Below are positions 1-12,140 of a stretch of DNA of 64,000 nt, one piece after another; within the stretch, counting starts at the first letter, position 1, and the number at the start of each line of letters is the position of its first letter. Made by a program: the position numbers and the translations under genes. This stretch comes from Podarcis muralis (Eukaryota), in assembly GCF_964188315.1 (NCBI RefSeq), contig NC_135670.1, forward strand, positions 868,001 to 932,000, given 5' to 3'. The notes below the pieces were generated by a model that saw only the letters and a program-made list of their open reading frames with translations, was not told where the DNA came from and did not search any database.

Positions 1-1497
1 GAGGGGCCGGCCGGAGAAGCGGCTGGGCTGGGCGTCCTCAGTGGGCGAGTGGCCGTCCAGTGGGGAGAACTGGAAGTGGGACGAGGCCGACGGGACAGGA
101 GGGGCGCTTTGGGGGACGACACCTGAGGAAGAAGGAGACGGAGGGGCGTGAGGAATGGAGGCCTGTCTGAGCGATACGTGGGGCAGGTGGGCTTCTGCAG
201 AGGCTTGCCCACCAAGTCTCACAACCCCCCTCTCAAAGCTCCAGCCCACAGAAATTATCATCCTCATTCTTATTTATTCAACTTCTTGCCTGCCCTTCAC
301 CATCAGGTGCCAGGGCAGGTGGCAACAGTTTAAGGTTCAATTATCCAAAACAGTTTAAAACAAATTGCAGGAATATGGTGGGAGCTGGAAACACACAGAG
401 GTATCTCCAGGGTCAAAGGCCCAGAGTGGAAAGGTGAGGCTGCAGTGTATCAGGAAGGTGCCAAACGCACTTCTGTGGAAAGGGGACACCACAACTAGGG
501 GGCTGCCAAGGAGAACCCAGCCACACCCTGAACACAGCCATGAGGCCCCCACTCTGCCAACTGTAATGCCCAAGAGGGTGGGCAAGGGGCCTTTCGCATG
601 CTGCTGCTGACCTTGAAAGCCCTAAACGGCCTCAAAGGCCCAGTAGACCTGAAGGAGCGTCTCCACCCCCATCGTTCAGCCCGGACACTAAAGTCCAGCT
701 CCGAGGGCCTTCTGGCAGTTCCCTCTCTGCGAGAAGCCAAGTTACAGGGAACCAGGCAGAGGGCCTTCTCGGTGGTGGCGCCTGCCCTGTGGAACGCCCT
801 CCCACCAGATGTCAAGGAAATAAACAACTATCAGACTTTTAGAAGACATCTGAAGGCAGCCCTGTTTTGGGAAGTTTTTAATGTTTGATGTTTTATTCTG
901 TTTAATATTCTGTTGGGAGCCGCTCAGAGTGGCTGGAAAAACCCAGCCAGATTGGGGGGGGGGGAGGGTGTTATTAAATAAATCATCCTCATCATCGTTG
1001 TGTTGGACTAGGGCGTGGGCGAGACCAGGGCTTGAATTCCCACTCAAGCCAGGAAAGCTCACCAGGTGTCCTTGGGAGCCAGTCTCTGCCTCTCGGCCTA
1101 ACCTACCTCATAGGGTTGTTGTGGGGATTAAATTGGAAGAGGGGAGAACTATATATGCCACCTTGTGAGATAAAAAAAGCAGCAGCAGCGGCAGCAGCAG
1201 CAACAGAAAAATCATCTTTGGCCAGGAATGGCTGGTGTGGCCTCCCATTTTCCTGCGTAGGGGAAACCCTCAGGCACAAAGACCCCACACGCCACCTAGG
1301 CTGCCACTTCCCCCAAGAAAGGAAGCGCCAATATCTGGGGCGAGGGCAAAGGAGGCAAGGGCCAAACAGGTTTGTTGCGTCAACCTCCCCACAGGGGAGA
1401 AGAAGGAAAACAAGCTGCAATCATACTGGGAGGCATTCCAGGACTCCAGCACCTTCCTTGCCTGCTCAGTGCCAGCCCCAGGCAGCCAGGAGGGAGG

Positions 1498-1542
<45 letters not shown>

Positions 1543-4500
1543 GAGGCGAGTGCAGGGCGGACCCGAGAGGAAGAAGAAAGGGAGCTGGAACAAGCAACAC
1601 CAGGCAGCAACTGCCCAGACTTGTTCCTGCAGGAGCCCTAATGTTGTTCCAAGACAGCAGCTTCTTTCCTCCGCGGTAACAGGAACAGAGAATTGTAGGG
1701 TTTGAAAACCACCAAGGGAGGAGAGTCCTCCACCTTCCAAGGGACTCCGTTCTGCTGTCCAACGGCTCTTTTGGAAAGTATGAGTTGGCGCTAGTTTGCC
1801 TTTCCGTGGGAAGTGAACTGAAGTTCTCCCTTGACCTCCGTGGTCCCCGTATACCTTCCCCTGCTCTTGGGATGGACCCGCAATGGGTGGCCCCACGTCC
1901 TCCGACCTGACTAGGAGGAGAGGCGCTCAACGCCCTTCTTCTTACCTGTTGGCCGGATGTTGATGAAGGGGTAGTTGGGCATCACCAGCTTGTTGAAGTT
2001 GAACTTGTAGGTGAACCTCTTCCCTTTCGTCTTGTGGAGGATCCGCTTGTTATAGTAGTATCTGCCAAATAAAGTAAGGGAGGATATAAGGGCGCCAGCC
2101 AGCCGTGAGGAATGCTCCGTCCAGGCAGCTCAGTGGGGGAAGCACTGGGGTTGCCTGCAGAAGTCCCTGGGTTCAATCCCCAGAAGCCTCCCACATTCCT
2201 TTATTTGGAAACACAAGGACTGGAATCTTAGTTGAGATTCTGTAAGACAGGGGCCGTAATTCAGTGGTGAGAACACCTGCTTTGGCTGCAGAAGGGTTCC
2301 ATCCCTGGCATGGCCAGCTAGCGCTGGGAACGTCCCCGGCCTGAAACCCTGGAGAGCCGCTGATGCCAGTCAGTGTCTACAATACTGAGCTAGATGGACC
2401 AAGAGTCTGCCTTGGCATAAGACTGCAACACCTAGAACCTGCCTTTGTTTTTACAGGGAGGGTTGGAGCTCATTAATGGAACATCTGCTTTGTACGCAGA
2501 AGATTCCTGGGCCCAGTCCCCACGGGGGTCTCCAGGCAGGGCAGAGGAACGTCTTCGCAGACCACAACCAGGCAAGCTGCTAATTCTGCCAATCCGTGCT
2601 GTCAATACTGGGTAAGACAGAAGGCAGCTTCCGCTGTTCCTGAAAGAGGCGCCTGAAGGGAAGAGCACAATGGGAGACGGGTTTCCTCCTGTCAACCTGT
2701 TGGGCCAGCCGTGCTGCTTTGTCTCCCCGGTGCCATTTAGAGGCTCCTGGAGGCGGCGAGGGCAGGGCTCTGCCTCTCCTCCTCCCTGGGATCAATGGCT
2801 GGGCCTGCATCCTCCGACCTGTCACTTCCTTCCTCTCCCATTAGGCACAGGTTGCCGCCTTGTTTGCTGATCTCGGCCTCCGCCACCGAGGAGTTGAGCA
2901 GAGGGCAGAGCAGCGGCCAAGTCCGTGGGCTCCCCTCTGCTCAGCCACCACCTCCCGGGGACAGAAGCCAGAGGAAAGAGGCAACCTGTTCACCACTTGG
3001 CGTGGGCCCTCAGGTCTTGGCGCTGGCTCAACAGCTCTGGCTGCCTCGTCGGGAGGAGGAGGGGGCGAGAGGGCCAGAAGAGGGGGGGGGGGCAAGGACA
3101 GGGAGCCTTGCAGAGGACCAAGAAGAGGCACCCCAGCAGCCCTAACAGAGGACTGCCTAGGATGAATCGTGGAAGCAGAGCCCATGGCAGGAACCAGCCA
3201 GACTCCTGCACTAGATACAGCACCCAGATCTGCAGTGGGCCTGTCCCAACCACCCCCCTCCTAGAGTCACAGAAACACAGAATTGTAGGGCTGGAAGGGA
3301 CCACCTCAGGGGTCACCTAGCCTAACTGGAATGCAGGAATCACAACTAAAGGATCCCTGGCAGGTGGCCAGCCAACCTCTGCTTAAGAACCTCCACAGCG
3401 GAACAGCTCTTACTTTCAGAAAGTTCCTCCTGATGTTTAGTCAGAATATCCTCTCCTGTCATTTGAATCTATGGATTGGGTCCTATCTCCTGGGTCAGCC
3501 GAAAACAAGCTTGTTCCATCTTTCATGTTGACAGCCCTTCAGATATTTTGAGCATGGCTCTCGTGCCACCTCTTCTCCTGTCTGAACAAGCCTGTTCCCC
3601 AGTTAGCCCTCTCTAGCCCAGAGAGAGTCCAGGGGGGCTTCTCAGTCAAGGACTGCCCCCTCCCCAAACAGCCAAGATTGTAAGACCCTGAACCTTTCAG
3701 CTAAGAGAGACCTCTGAATGGTTGCTGCGAACGCTGATGGCTCTGTTCTCCCGCCTCTGAGTGACAGCTGCTGGAAACTTCAGGGCTTGTGAGCTTCCCA
3801 ACAAGGAACCTGACTGGCCACTGTGGGGCAGGATGCTGGACTAAATGAGCCCCCAGGACCTGAGCCAACCGTCAGGCTCTGCCAATGTTCTTATGACTTG
3901 ACTGCAGTTCCGGCACTGCAGCGGGTTGGACTAGATGACCCTTGGGATCCCTTCCAAATTTGCAAGCCTGAAACTTGGTGTGCCACCCTAAACAGCACGC
4001 TACATTCAAGCCTCACTTCCACAACGAGGGAACTGAATCCCAGGAAGCCAGCTGTGGCTGATCAAGGGATCCATTTTGTACCCTCCACCCTCTGGACTTT
4101 CAAGAGCAGACACAGAACAGGATTGGGAAACTTCCTGGAAGGCTGACAGCACAATTCTCAGAGGAAAACCTTCTGCCTTCGAAAGGACTCCTTATCGCTT
4201 GGAACACAGGCCTAGGATTGCACCCGAAGCACTTCAGATTGCAGAACCCTGCAAACCACAGAGAGCAAGTCCCATGTTGACCTAGTTAGGAGCCAGAGAA
4301 GAGCCCAGCCTTCTGCCCTTGCAGAAATCTCACCCAGGGCCCATTTCAGACCTGACAGGGGTGACTTTGTTGACAAGACAGGCCAAGCTCCTCTTACTCA
4401 GGCCCTCAACTCCCACATTCCCTGGGCCTGCACCCTGCTACCCCTCACCTGAGGGCCCGGCTGAGCTTGTCGTAGTTCATCTGGGGCTTGCACTTCCTCC

Positions 4501-4687
4501 GGCCCCACAGCCGCGCCACCTCGTCGGGGTCCTTGATGACGAACTCCCCGTACTCCCCCTGCTGCCAGGCAATGACGTGCCGGAACTCCTCCTTCTGCAG
4601 AAGCTCCAGGATGAAGTGCCAGAGCTGGATCTGGCGGGAGCCTGGGCTGGACTCCGTCTTGTAGGCCCAGTCTGGGAAGTGGTAGGC
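1..4687 (-). CDS. ETV3: ETS variant transcription factor 3, partial. Coding exons 4687-4449, 2061-1946 and 122-<1; the ATG exon was not found and the last exon runs off the window.
   Basis: Exons translate to [80 protein letters not shown] / [38 protein letters not shown] / [36 protein letters not shown], with GT-AG boundaries. [15 protein letters not shown] and [11 protein letters not shown] match ETV3 rather than ETV3L or ERF. Confidence 0.95.
595..985 (+). mobile_element. L2-clade LINE 3' fragment
   Basis: Encodes [16 protein letters not shown]...[10 protein letters not shown], followed by the family 3' UTR and a (TCA/TTA)n tail. Many copies occur in the window. Confidence 0.85.
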
Positions 4688-5168
4688 CTAGAGAGAAGGC
4701 CAAAGACAGAGGGAGCTTCAGGGGCAGAAGAGAATGAGGGTCCCAACTGCTGAAGAACCACTTTCTCTCCACGGAGAGAGCCTCTGCAGTGGTCACCTGG
4801 CTATTAAAACTATTGCTGCTTCTTTCTTTATTATTATTATTATTATCGTCATCATTTATTATTATTATTATTCTGAGGTGCAAGATCCCAGGAGGAAGCA
4901 TTGTGCAGTCCCTGGCTCTTGCACCGTTTTGGCTTCTTTGACACGAGGGATCAGGGACCTGTGAGGTCCTCTAGACCCTGCAGGGCTCCACCTCCCAGCA
5001 ACCAGCATGGAAATTGACCAATGGCGAGGAGGACGGTGGCAGCTGAAGTCCAGTTCCTCCGTCCTGCTTCACATCATCAACAGTTCCAAGCGGTCTCAAG
5101 ACTCGTGGACTGATATGGTCACCGCTACGCAGTCAGAGCGCCTCTGCAGTGTCTTTCCACGCCCCCCC

Positions 5169-5368
5169 NNNNNNNNNNNNNNNNNNNNNNNNNNNNNNNN
5201 NNNNNNNNNNNNNNNNNNNNNNNNNNNNNNNNNNNNNNNNNNNNNNNNNNNNNNNNNNNNNNNNNNNNNNNNNNNNNNNNNNNNNNNNNNNNNNNNNNNN
5301 NNNNNNNNNNNNNNNNNNNNNNNNNNNNNNNNNNNNNNNNNNNNNNNNNNNNNNNNNNNNNNNNNNNN
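5169..5368. other. Assembly gap (200 N)
   Basis: Run of N between a poly-C tract and a CT-rich tract, between the ETV3 promoter and its first visible coding exon. Confidence 1.
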
Positions 5369-5454
5369 CTTCTTTCCTTCCTTCTTTCTCTCTCTTCTCT
5401 CTCTCTCTCGCTTCCCCCCCTCCAAAGTCCCTCGCCCACCCCCAGCCTCCACAC

Positions 5455-5640
5455 ACCGGAAACGGAAACGCCTCGTCGGCCGCCCACTGGGCCCTGACTC
5501 AACCCGCGCGTCACTTCCGCCGGAGGGAGGATGCCAGGCCCCGCGCAGGCCGGCGGGCAGGAGGACGACGTCACTTCCGCCGGGAAGCCCAGCGGGAGGC
5601 GGCGGGCTGTTTTGCGTCACTTCCGGGGCCGGAAGGAGAA
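5455..5640 (-). promoter_or_regulatory. CpG-rich ETV3 promoter with three ETS-CRE composite motifs
   Basis: CGGAAGTGACG on the minus strand at 5508-5519, 5567-5579 and 5613-5626, plus CCGGAAG at 5629-5635. CpG-rich and immediately upstream of ETV3. Confidence 0.75.
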
Positions 5641-5646
5641 AAAGGG

Positions 5647-5689
<43 letters not shown>

Positions 5690-5719
5690 AGCCCCTTAAA
5701 GAGATGCTGATGGGAACAT

Positions 5720-5923
5720 AATTGTCATTATAATAATTATTTTTATAATAATTATCTCTTATAATAATTATATTATATTATTATTATATTATATTATTAT
5801 TTTTATAATAATTATCTCTTATAATAATTATATTATTATTATATTATATATTTATTTTTATAATAATTATAAGTAATTATAAGTAATTTCGTTGTCCCCG
5901 AGAGGGGGCAATGACAATAAAGA

Positions 5924-5957
<34 letters not shown>

Positions 5958-6021
5958 AATAATAATTATCATCTCTATTATCATGGCTGTTAATAAGCTA
6001 AGATTTAGGGTGTTGTTGTTA

Positions 6022-6059
<38 letters not shown>

Positions 6060-6075
6060 GCTGCTGCTGCTGCTT
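5720..6075. repeat. AT-rich minisatellite (60-bp period, about 2.5 copies) followed by (TTA)n/(CTG)n microsatellites
   Basis: TTTTATAATAATTATCTCTTATAATAATTATATTA recurs at 5741 and 5801. Confidence 0.85.
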
Positions 6076-6899
6076 TCATCTTGCTGTTGTTCTGAATAGT
6101 CCTCTGATGCTGACGATTTCTCCTTTCATAATCTCTATTATGGCCGTGTCATTATTTACTATTGTTGCTATTCCTGCCCTCCTGAATTTCTCCTGTGTCC
6201 GGCTGAGAGTGCAGCAATTCTGCTGCTCCTAAGGGGGAGAGTCCCAGCACTGACCACCATAAGAGCAGAATCCCCTTGCGCCTGCCTCTCCCTTCGAGGC
6301 TCCAGACTGGAGGGTGGCGGGAGTTTTGTCCAGCTTTTGTGCTTTGGCTCAGCACTGATCCTGTTCTGGTAGTCAAAATGTGCTTCTATGTTGGCTTCGC
6401 CTTGTAGCTGAATTATGTCTGGTTGCCGCTGTCTTTAAGGACGCAGTTGCCTGTGTAAATATAAATTATATTTATATAATTTATAATGAATTTATAATTT
6501 ATAATGAATTGTATAATGAAGAGCCTTGCTGGATCAGGCCAAAGGAGGCCCTCCTAGCACCCAACTACACCCCTCTCCCGCAGGAGGCTGTGATGCCCAC
6601 CAATTGGGTGGCTTCGAAAGGGATTCGGACAAATTCATGGAGGAGGAGAGGGCTACCAAGGGCTAGTAGCCTCCATAGCGAAGAGGCAGCCATGCTTCTG
6701 AATCCCAGTTTCTGGAAACCACAGGAGGGAAGAGTGCTGCTCTTGTGTTCGAATCCTGCTTGCTGGTTTCCCATAATGGCCCCCCCCCAGGGCTGCGATA
6801 TGTTTTGACCCCCGAGGCGAACCACAAAATGGTGCCCCACCTGCCCCCATCAGGAAAGGGGAAGGGTGAGTGAATATCTGTTTGGGATAGCTCAGAGTC

Positions 6900-7400
6900 A
6901 AGTGCTAAACAGGGCTGCCTTCAGATATCTTCTAAAAGTAAAATAGATGTTTATTTCCTTGACATCTGCTGGGAGGGCGTTCCACAGCTCAGGTGCCACC
7001 ACTGAGAAGGCCCTCTGCCTGGTTCCCTGTAACTTGGCTTCTCGCAGGGAGGGAACCGCCAGAAGGCCCTCAGCGCTGGACCTCAATGTCTGGGCTGAAT
7101 GATGGGGTGGAGACGCTCCTTCAGGGATACTGGACCGAGGCTGTTTAGGGCTTTCAAGGTCAGCACCAACACTTTGAATTGTGCTCGGAAACATACTGGG
7201 AGCCAATGTAGATCTCTCAGGACCGGCGTTATATGGTCACGGCGGCCACTCCCAGTCACCAGTCTAGCTGCCACATTCTGGATTAGTTGTAGTTTCCGGG
7301 TCACCTTCAAAGGTAGCCCCACATAGAGCGCATAGTCCAAGCGGGAGATAACTAGAGTATGCACCACTCTGGCAAGACAGTCCAAGGAGTGTGCCGGAGC
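6900..7400 (-). mobile_element. L2-clade LINE 3' fragment (end of ORF2)
   Basis: Minus-strand ORFs give LVISRLDY..LYVGLPLKVTRKLQLIQNVAARLVTG...HWLPVCFRAQFKVLVLT and [16 protein letters not shown]. Confidence 0.9.
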
Positions 7401-7725
7401 TTTTACCACCGTGGCAGCGGGCGATGCGCCCCTTGGAGGCCAGACCTGCTGCCCGTGGATCCTGCCGCGCGAGGCGGTCACTTCACCTTGCCTCATGAGT
7501 GGGTCAGCCCTGCCTAGGGCTGTTGAATGACTACAGGAAGCTACTGGGAGCGGTCATTGTGAGGTTTGGGGCAGGGTGTTGTCAGTACGCTGCTGACACC
7601 CTGTTCTGTTTCTCTGTGACATCTGAATCATTCAGGAGAGGCTGTGACTGTTTAAAACAGGTGCTTGGGTGCTCTGGCGCGCTGGACAAGGGCCAGCAAA
7701 CTTGACCCTGAATCCTGGTGTTATA

Positions 7726-8014
7726 GGTTCGAATCCCCATGACGGGGTGAGCTCCCATTGCTCGGTCCCTGCTCCTGCCAACCTAGCAGTTCAAAAGCAC
7801 GTCTAAGTGCAAGTAGATAAATAGGTACCACTCCGGCAGGAAGGTAAACGGCATTTCCGTGCGCTGCTCTGGTTCGCCAGAAGCAGCTTAGTCATGCTGG
7901 CCACATGACCCGGAAGCTGTACGCCGGCTCCCTCGGCCAATAAAGCGAGATGAGCGCCGCAATCCCATAGTCGGCCAAGACTGGACCTAATGGTCAGGGG
8001 TCCCTTTACCTTTA
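7726..8014 (+). mobile_element. Sauria SINE, 5'-truncated
   Basis: Begins at the B-box GGTTCGAATCC, has the family body, and ends in an ACCTTT tail. Confidence 0.9.
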
Positions 8015-8080
8015 TCTTTAAGGTCTCATATATATAAATCATATGTTCATAAATTTGCAAGGCGAACACATACATAAGTA

Positions 8081-8298
8081 TACCTCAGGTTAAGTACTTA
8101 ATTTGTTCTGGAGGTCCGTACTTAACTGAAACTGTTCTTAACCTGAAGCACCACTTTAGCTAATGGGGCCTCCTGCTGCAGCCCGATTTCTGTTCTCATC
8201 CTGAAGCAAAATTCTTAACCTGAAGCACTATTTCTGGGTTAGCGGAGTCTGTAACCTGAAGCGTATGTAACCTGAAGCGTATGTAACCCGAGGTACCA
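8081..8298 (+). mobile_element. Tc1/mariner-pogo MITE with trimmed termini, inside the LTR
   Basis: Same body as 22801-23264 and 54226-54456; the outer bases of both TIRs are missing. Confidence 0.8.
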
Positions 8299-9343
8299 GG
8301 AAAGCAATCCTGAAACCATTTTGACCCTCCCAAATTGACCTCAAATGTTTCTCTGCAAGGAGGGAGGAAATGGGAAAAACCTCCCCATTGTCTCTTTGCT
8401 CACAAATCCTGTCTTGAGGGCGTATCTGTGTGTGAATAGGGTGAGCCTGTGACCTGGATTCAGGAACTGAGTATTTACCACCACAAAAGAATGACCAGGA
8501 TGCCCAAGTAAAAGCAATCAGTGACCATTATGAGATATCCTGGCAGACAGGTTTTCTGCTGTAGACCACCCCTTCAGTGACGTATGTGTGATGTTTTGGG
8601 GGGTGGTCTTGAGCTACAGGGGAGGCAATTTTCAAATGTCTATATATGAGATTGAACACCATAGTTCTAGGTTCCTCTCCTCCTGCGTGGGGTGAGCGGG
8701 GAACCCTGTTGCAACAGTTCAATAAAGATCAGGCTTGCTAGCTGCTTTGCTTCTCAATATTCTCTGCTTGGCCTGTCACTTTCTCCTAACGATAGAAAAC
8801 CTACATAAGGACCCTATATGGGCTCTTGGATACCCCATAAGGGATAAAGGAGCAGGTTTTTGTCTTATAACACTGGTAGGATGGAGACTTTGTGGTTGAG
8901 AAGTTCTCAGGTCCTGGAGTTAAGGAGTTCAACAGTTCAGGGTTGCTGTGCCCCTGAAGGGACAGTTGTGTAGTTTAAAGGGGTCTCCTAGATTCACCTG
9001 TGTCCCTGAAGGCTCAACTGACTTCTGTGGGGAGGGGGAGCACCTTATTGCCAGTGGGAACCCCCTCCCACATGAGGCAGGGATGGCCACCAATCTGGAA
9101 TGGCTTTAAAAGAGGATTAAACAAATGCGTGGAGGTGGAGAAGGCTTTGCCCAAGGGCTGCACGTATTCTCAGCTGCACACAGACAAACACACAGTTCCC
9201 GCAGTAGTGGTGTCCAAACTCTTTTCAAAGAGGGCCAGATTTGATGAAGCGAAGGGCCGTGAGGGCTGACCAAAGTTGTTTACCTTTTTTGAAGTTTGTT
9301 GAGCTTTCTTATGATTTTACCCCAAAGTAGTTGAGCTTAAAAA

Positions 9344-9698
9344 GGGATGCGAGTGGTGATGTGGGTTAAACCACAGAGCCTAGGGCTTGCTGATCAGAAG
9401 GTCGGCGGTTCGAATCCCCGCAATGACAGGGTGAGCTCCCGTTGCTCGGTCCCTGCTCCTGCCAACCTAGCAGTTCGAAAGCACGTCAAAGTGCAAGTAG
9501 ATAAATAGGTACCGCTCCGGCGGGAAGGTAAACGGCGTTTCCGTGCGCTGCTCTGGTTCGCTAGAAGTGGCTTAGTCATGCTGGCCATATGACCCGGAAG
9601 CTGTACGCCAGCTCCCTCGGCCAACAAAGCGAGACGAGCACCACAACCCCAGAGTTGGCCATGACTGGACCTGATGGTCAGGGGTCCCTTTACCTTTA
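9344..9698 (+). mobile_element. Sauria SINE, full length
   Basis: tRNA-like head, ACCTTT tail, and TSD TAGTTGAGCTTAA on both sides. Confidence 0.92.
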
Positions 9699-10169
9699 GT
9701 TGAGCTTAAGTTGTTGAGGTGGTTTTTTTTTTTTTTAGGATTTTACTCCAGGAAATAAACTGCCACAGGGGCCAGATTCAACCAACCGGCCGGCCGATTG
9801 AGAGTAAGTTCTCTTGAGGCAATTAGGGTTGGATGGCAATTTGTGCTTGAGGCAGCAGCGCCTCACTGTGGCGAAGAGAGGAAATGGCAGGCTGTGATGT
9901 CCAGGAACCTTTATAATCAAGAGAAACTTTTTCGTCTGCCTTGAAAACATCCAGTGCTATTTTTCTAGAAAAAGAGGTGCCAGAACTCACCATAAACTTC
10001 CCCCTTGGTCTCTTATAATGGCAATGGCGCCCACCTGAGAGGTGCTGGAGCTGAGTTCTGGCGAATTCTGGCTGGGGGCGGGAAAACCCTGAAAACACCC
10101 TACCTTGACTTTTGGATATTGCACCCAATTGCATCTATTTTATGGTCCTCATCAAAAAATAGATGTGAG

Positions 10170-10745
10170 TGAGCATATTGTGACAAGTCCTTCTTACTTC
10201 AGGAACCAGCTTTTTTGAATGTTTTTTATTAAGAATTTCAACATAACAATTTATCAAAAATACATTATCCTCATTTTCCCCCTCCCCATTTCCCCCCTCT
10301 AATCCCACCCCCAGACTTCCCTCAGCTCCTTTCTCTGGTTTTTCAGCACATATTATTCTCTGCATGTTATAAAATTGTAAGGATCCTTAATTTATCTATA
10401 TTACCAATAAAAAGTTTGTGTATGTTTATTCAAACCCTGCCAAGGAGTCCAGTTCATTTTGTTGTTTCTTTAAGTACTTCGTAAAAGGTTCCCATTCTTC
10501 TTTAAAATCACAGTTGTCCTTATCATGTAGTTTGTGTGCCAATTCCGCATAGTCCATCAGTTTTTCTTGCCATAGTCCTTTAGTCGGGATTTCCTCGTTC
10601 TTCCATCCTTGTGCTATTAAGACTCTTGCCACCGTTGTCGCATACATGAAAATGTAATCCCTAACAAGAATGCTTCAGGCTTTTTTACAAATGTTAATTG
10701 GAACATTTTCTTCAACTCATTGTATATCCTTTCCCAGAATTTTTA
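10170..10745 (-). mobile_element. L1 LINE 3' fragment
   Basis: MYATTVARVLIAQGWKNEEIPTKGLWQEKLMDYAELA...EEWEPFTKYL resembles the squamate L1 ORF2 C-terminus, followed by a G-rich 3' UTR and AATAAA. Confidence 0.8.
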
Positions 10746-10925
10746 AATTTTACTACAGTCCCACCACATATGGCACTGTGTGGTGGGTTCAAGCCGCAGC
10801 TTCTGTGGCCCACGATTGACCAGGCGGTGACCTCACAACTGGCCACAGATTCTGGCACTCTCGGTTCCCCAGAGATCCACGAGGATTCCAGGATGATTTC
10901 CTCTGCTCTCCTCCTCCGTTGCGCG

Positions 10926-11402
10926 ATGAAGTGCTGGTTCTCGTGCAACCACCGCTGCCGCAGGTAAAGCCCAGGAGAAGCATCAGGAATGGTCCTCAAG
11001 CCGAGGTGTTGCTGTGGTTCGTTCTCGGGGTTCATTCTGGTTCCCAGCTCAGCTTGCGTGGTTTTGCACACTTTTGCTTCAGGTCCTGAAGGAGCATCTC
11101 CACCCCCATCGCTCAGCCTGGACATTGAGGTCCAGCTCTGAGGGCCTTCTGGCGGTTCCCTCATTGTGAGAAGTGAGGTTACAGGGAACCAGGCAGAGGG
11201 CCTTCTCGGTGGTGGCACCCGCTCTGTGGAACGCCCTCCCGTCAGATGTCAAAGAAATAAACAACTACCAAACTTTTAGAAGACATCTGAAGGCAGCTCT
11301 CTTTAGGGAAGCTTTTAATGTTTAATAGGTTATTGTATTTAATATTCTGTTGAGAGCCGCCCAGAGTGGCTGGGGAAACCCAGCCAGATGGGCGGGGTAT
11401 AA

Positions 11403-11447
<45 letters not shown>

Positions 11448-12106
11448 TGCACCAATGCAGACCTCTGGCTTTGGGGGTGGGGGGATCAGTGTGGCCCTCC
11501 AGACCTCTTCCTGAGCTACACTCCTTGCCTGCCCTGCTTTGCACCCTGTCTGGGAATGGGTCTGATCCTGCCTTTTGCTTGCCTGGACGAAGAGAGGTGT
11601 TTGTGTGTGTACAAAGGTAAAAGTGAATGCTGGTTACTCCGCCCACTTCCACCCCTGGCCCAGCCCACCACCAGCATGCGGCCCTCAGAAGGGAGTCCAG
11701 AAAGGAATGCAGCCCTCAGGCTGGATGAAGCTTCCTGCAATGCATTATCGTGTCTCAGAACTGTAAAGTCGGAGGAGACCTCCAGCGGTCATCTAGTCCA
11801 ACCCGCTGCAGTGCGGGAAGCACAGGAGTCCCAACCATAGCTGTCAACTTTTCCCTTTTCTCGTGAGGAATCCTATTCGGAATAAGGGAATTTCCCTTAA
11901 AAAAAGGGAAACGTTGACAGCTATGGTCCCAACCTCTGCTTAAAATCCTCCAGGGAAGGAGAGTCCACCAGCCTCCAATAAGTCCATTCTAACACAATTT
12001 TAATCCTGTTGGGAGTTTGCTTTTTAACAATTGCATTTCATACGTATTTTGTCCGTTTGGAGTTGTGTAAGTTGCCTTGAGTTCCAATCCAGGAAAAAGG
12101 CAGGAG

Positions 12107-12140
<34 letters not shown>

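Larger units (their letters stand above)
7719..8872 (+). mobile_element. Solo retroviral-type LTR carrying a nested SINE and MITE
   Basis: Termini TGTTATA...TATAACA are inverted; 4-bp TSD CTGG at 7715-7718 and 8873-8876; TATA-like CTATATA near 8640; AATAAA near 8721; homologous to the LTRs at 12996 and 60976. Confidence 0.85.

Noticed and set aside
1032-1896. Several 150-215 aa ORFs in the ETV3 intron
   Set aside because: They are built from (GA)n, (GCA)n and GC-rich sequence, with no recognisable domain or splice logic.
6000-6079. Minus-strand ATG AAA GCA (MKA...), resembling the ETV3 start
   Set aside because: It runs into (GCA)n/(ATA)n microsatellite, has no splice donor, stops after about 24 codons, and lies upstream of the promoter motifs.
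5911-6099. Poly-Leu/Ile ORF that looks like a membrane peptide
   Set aside because: It is the translation of a (TTA)n microsatellite; the same applies to the poly-Leu/Ser start of ORF 57180.
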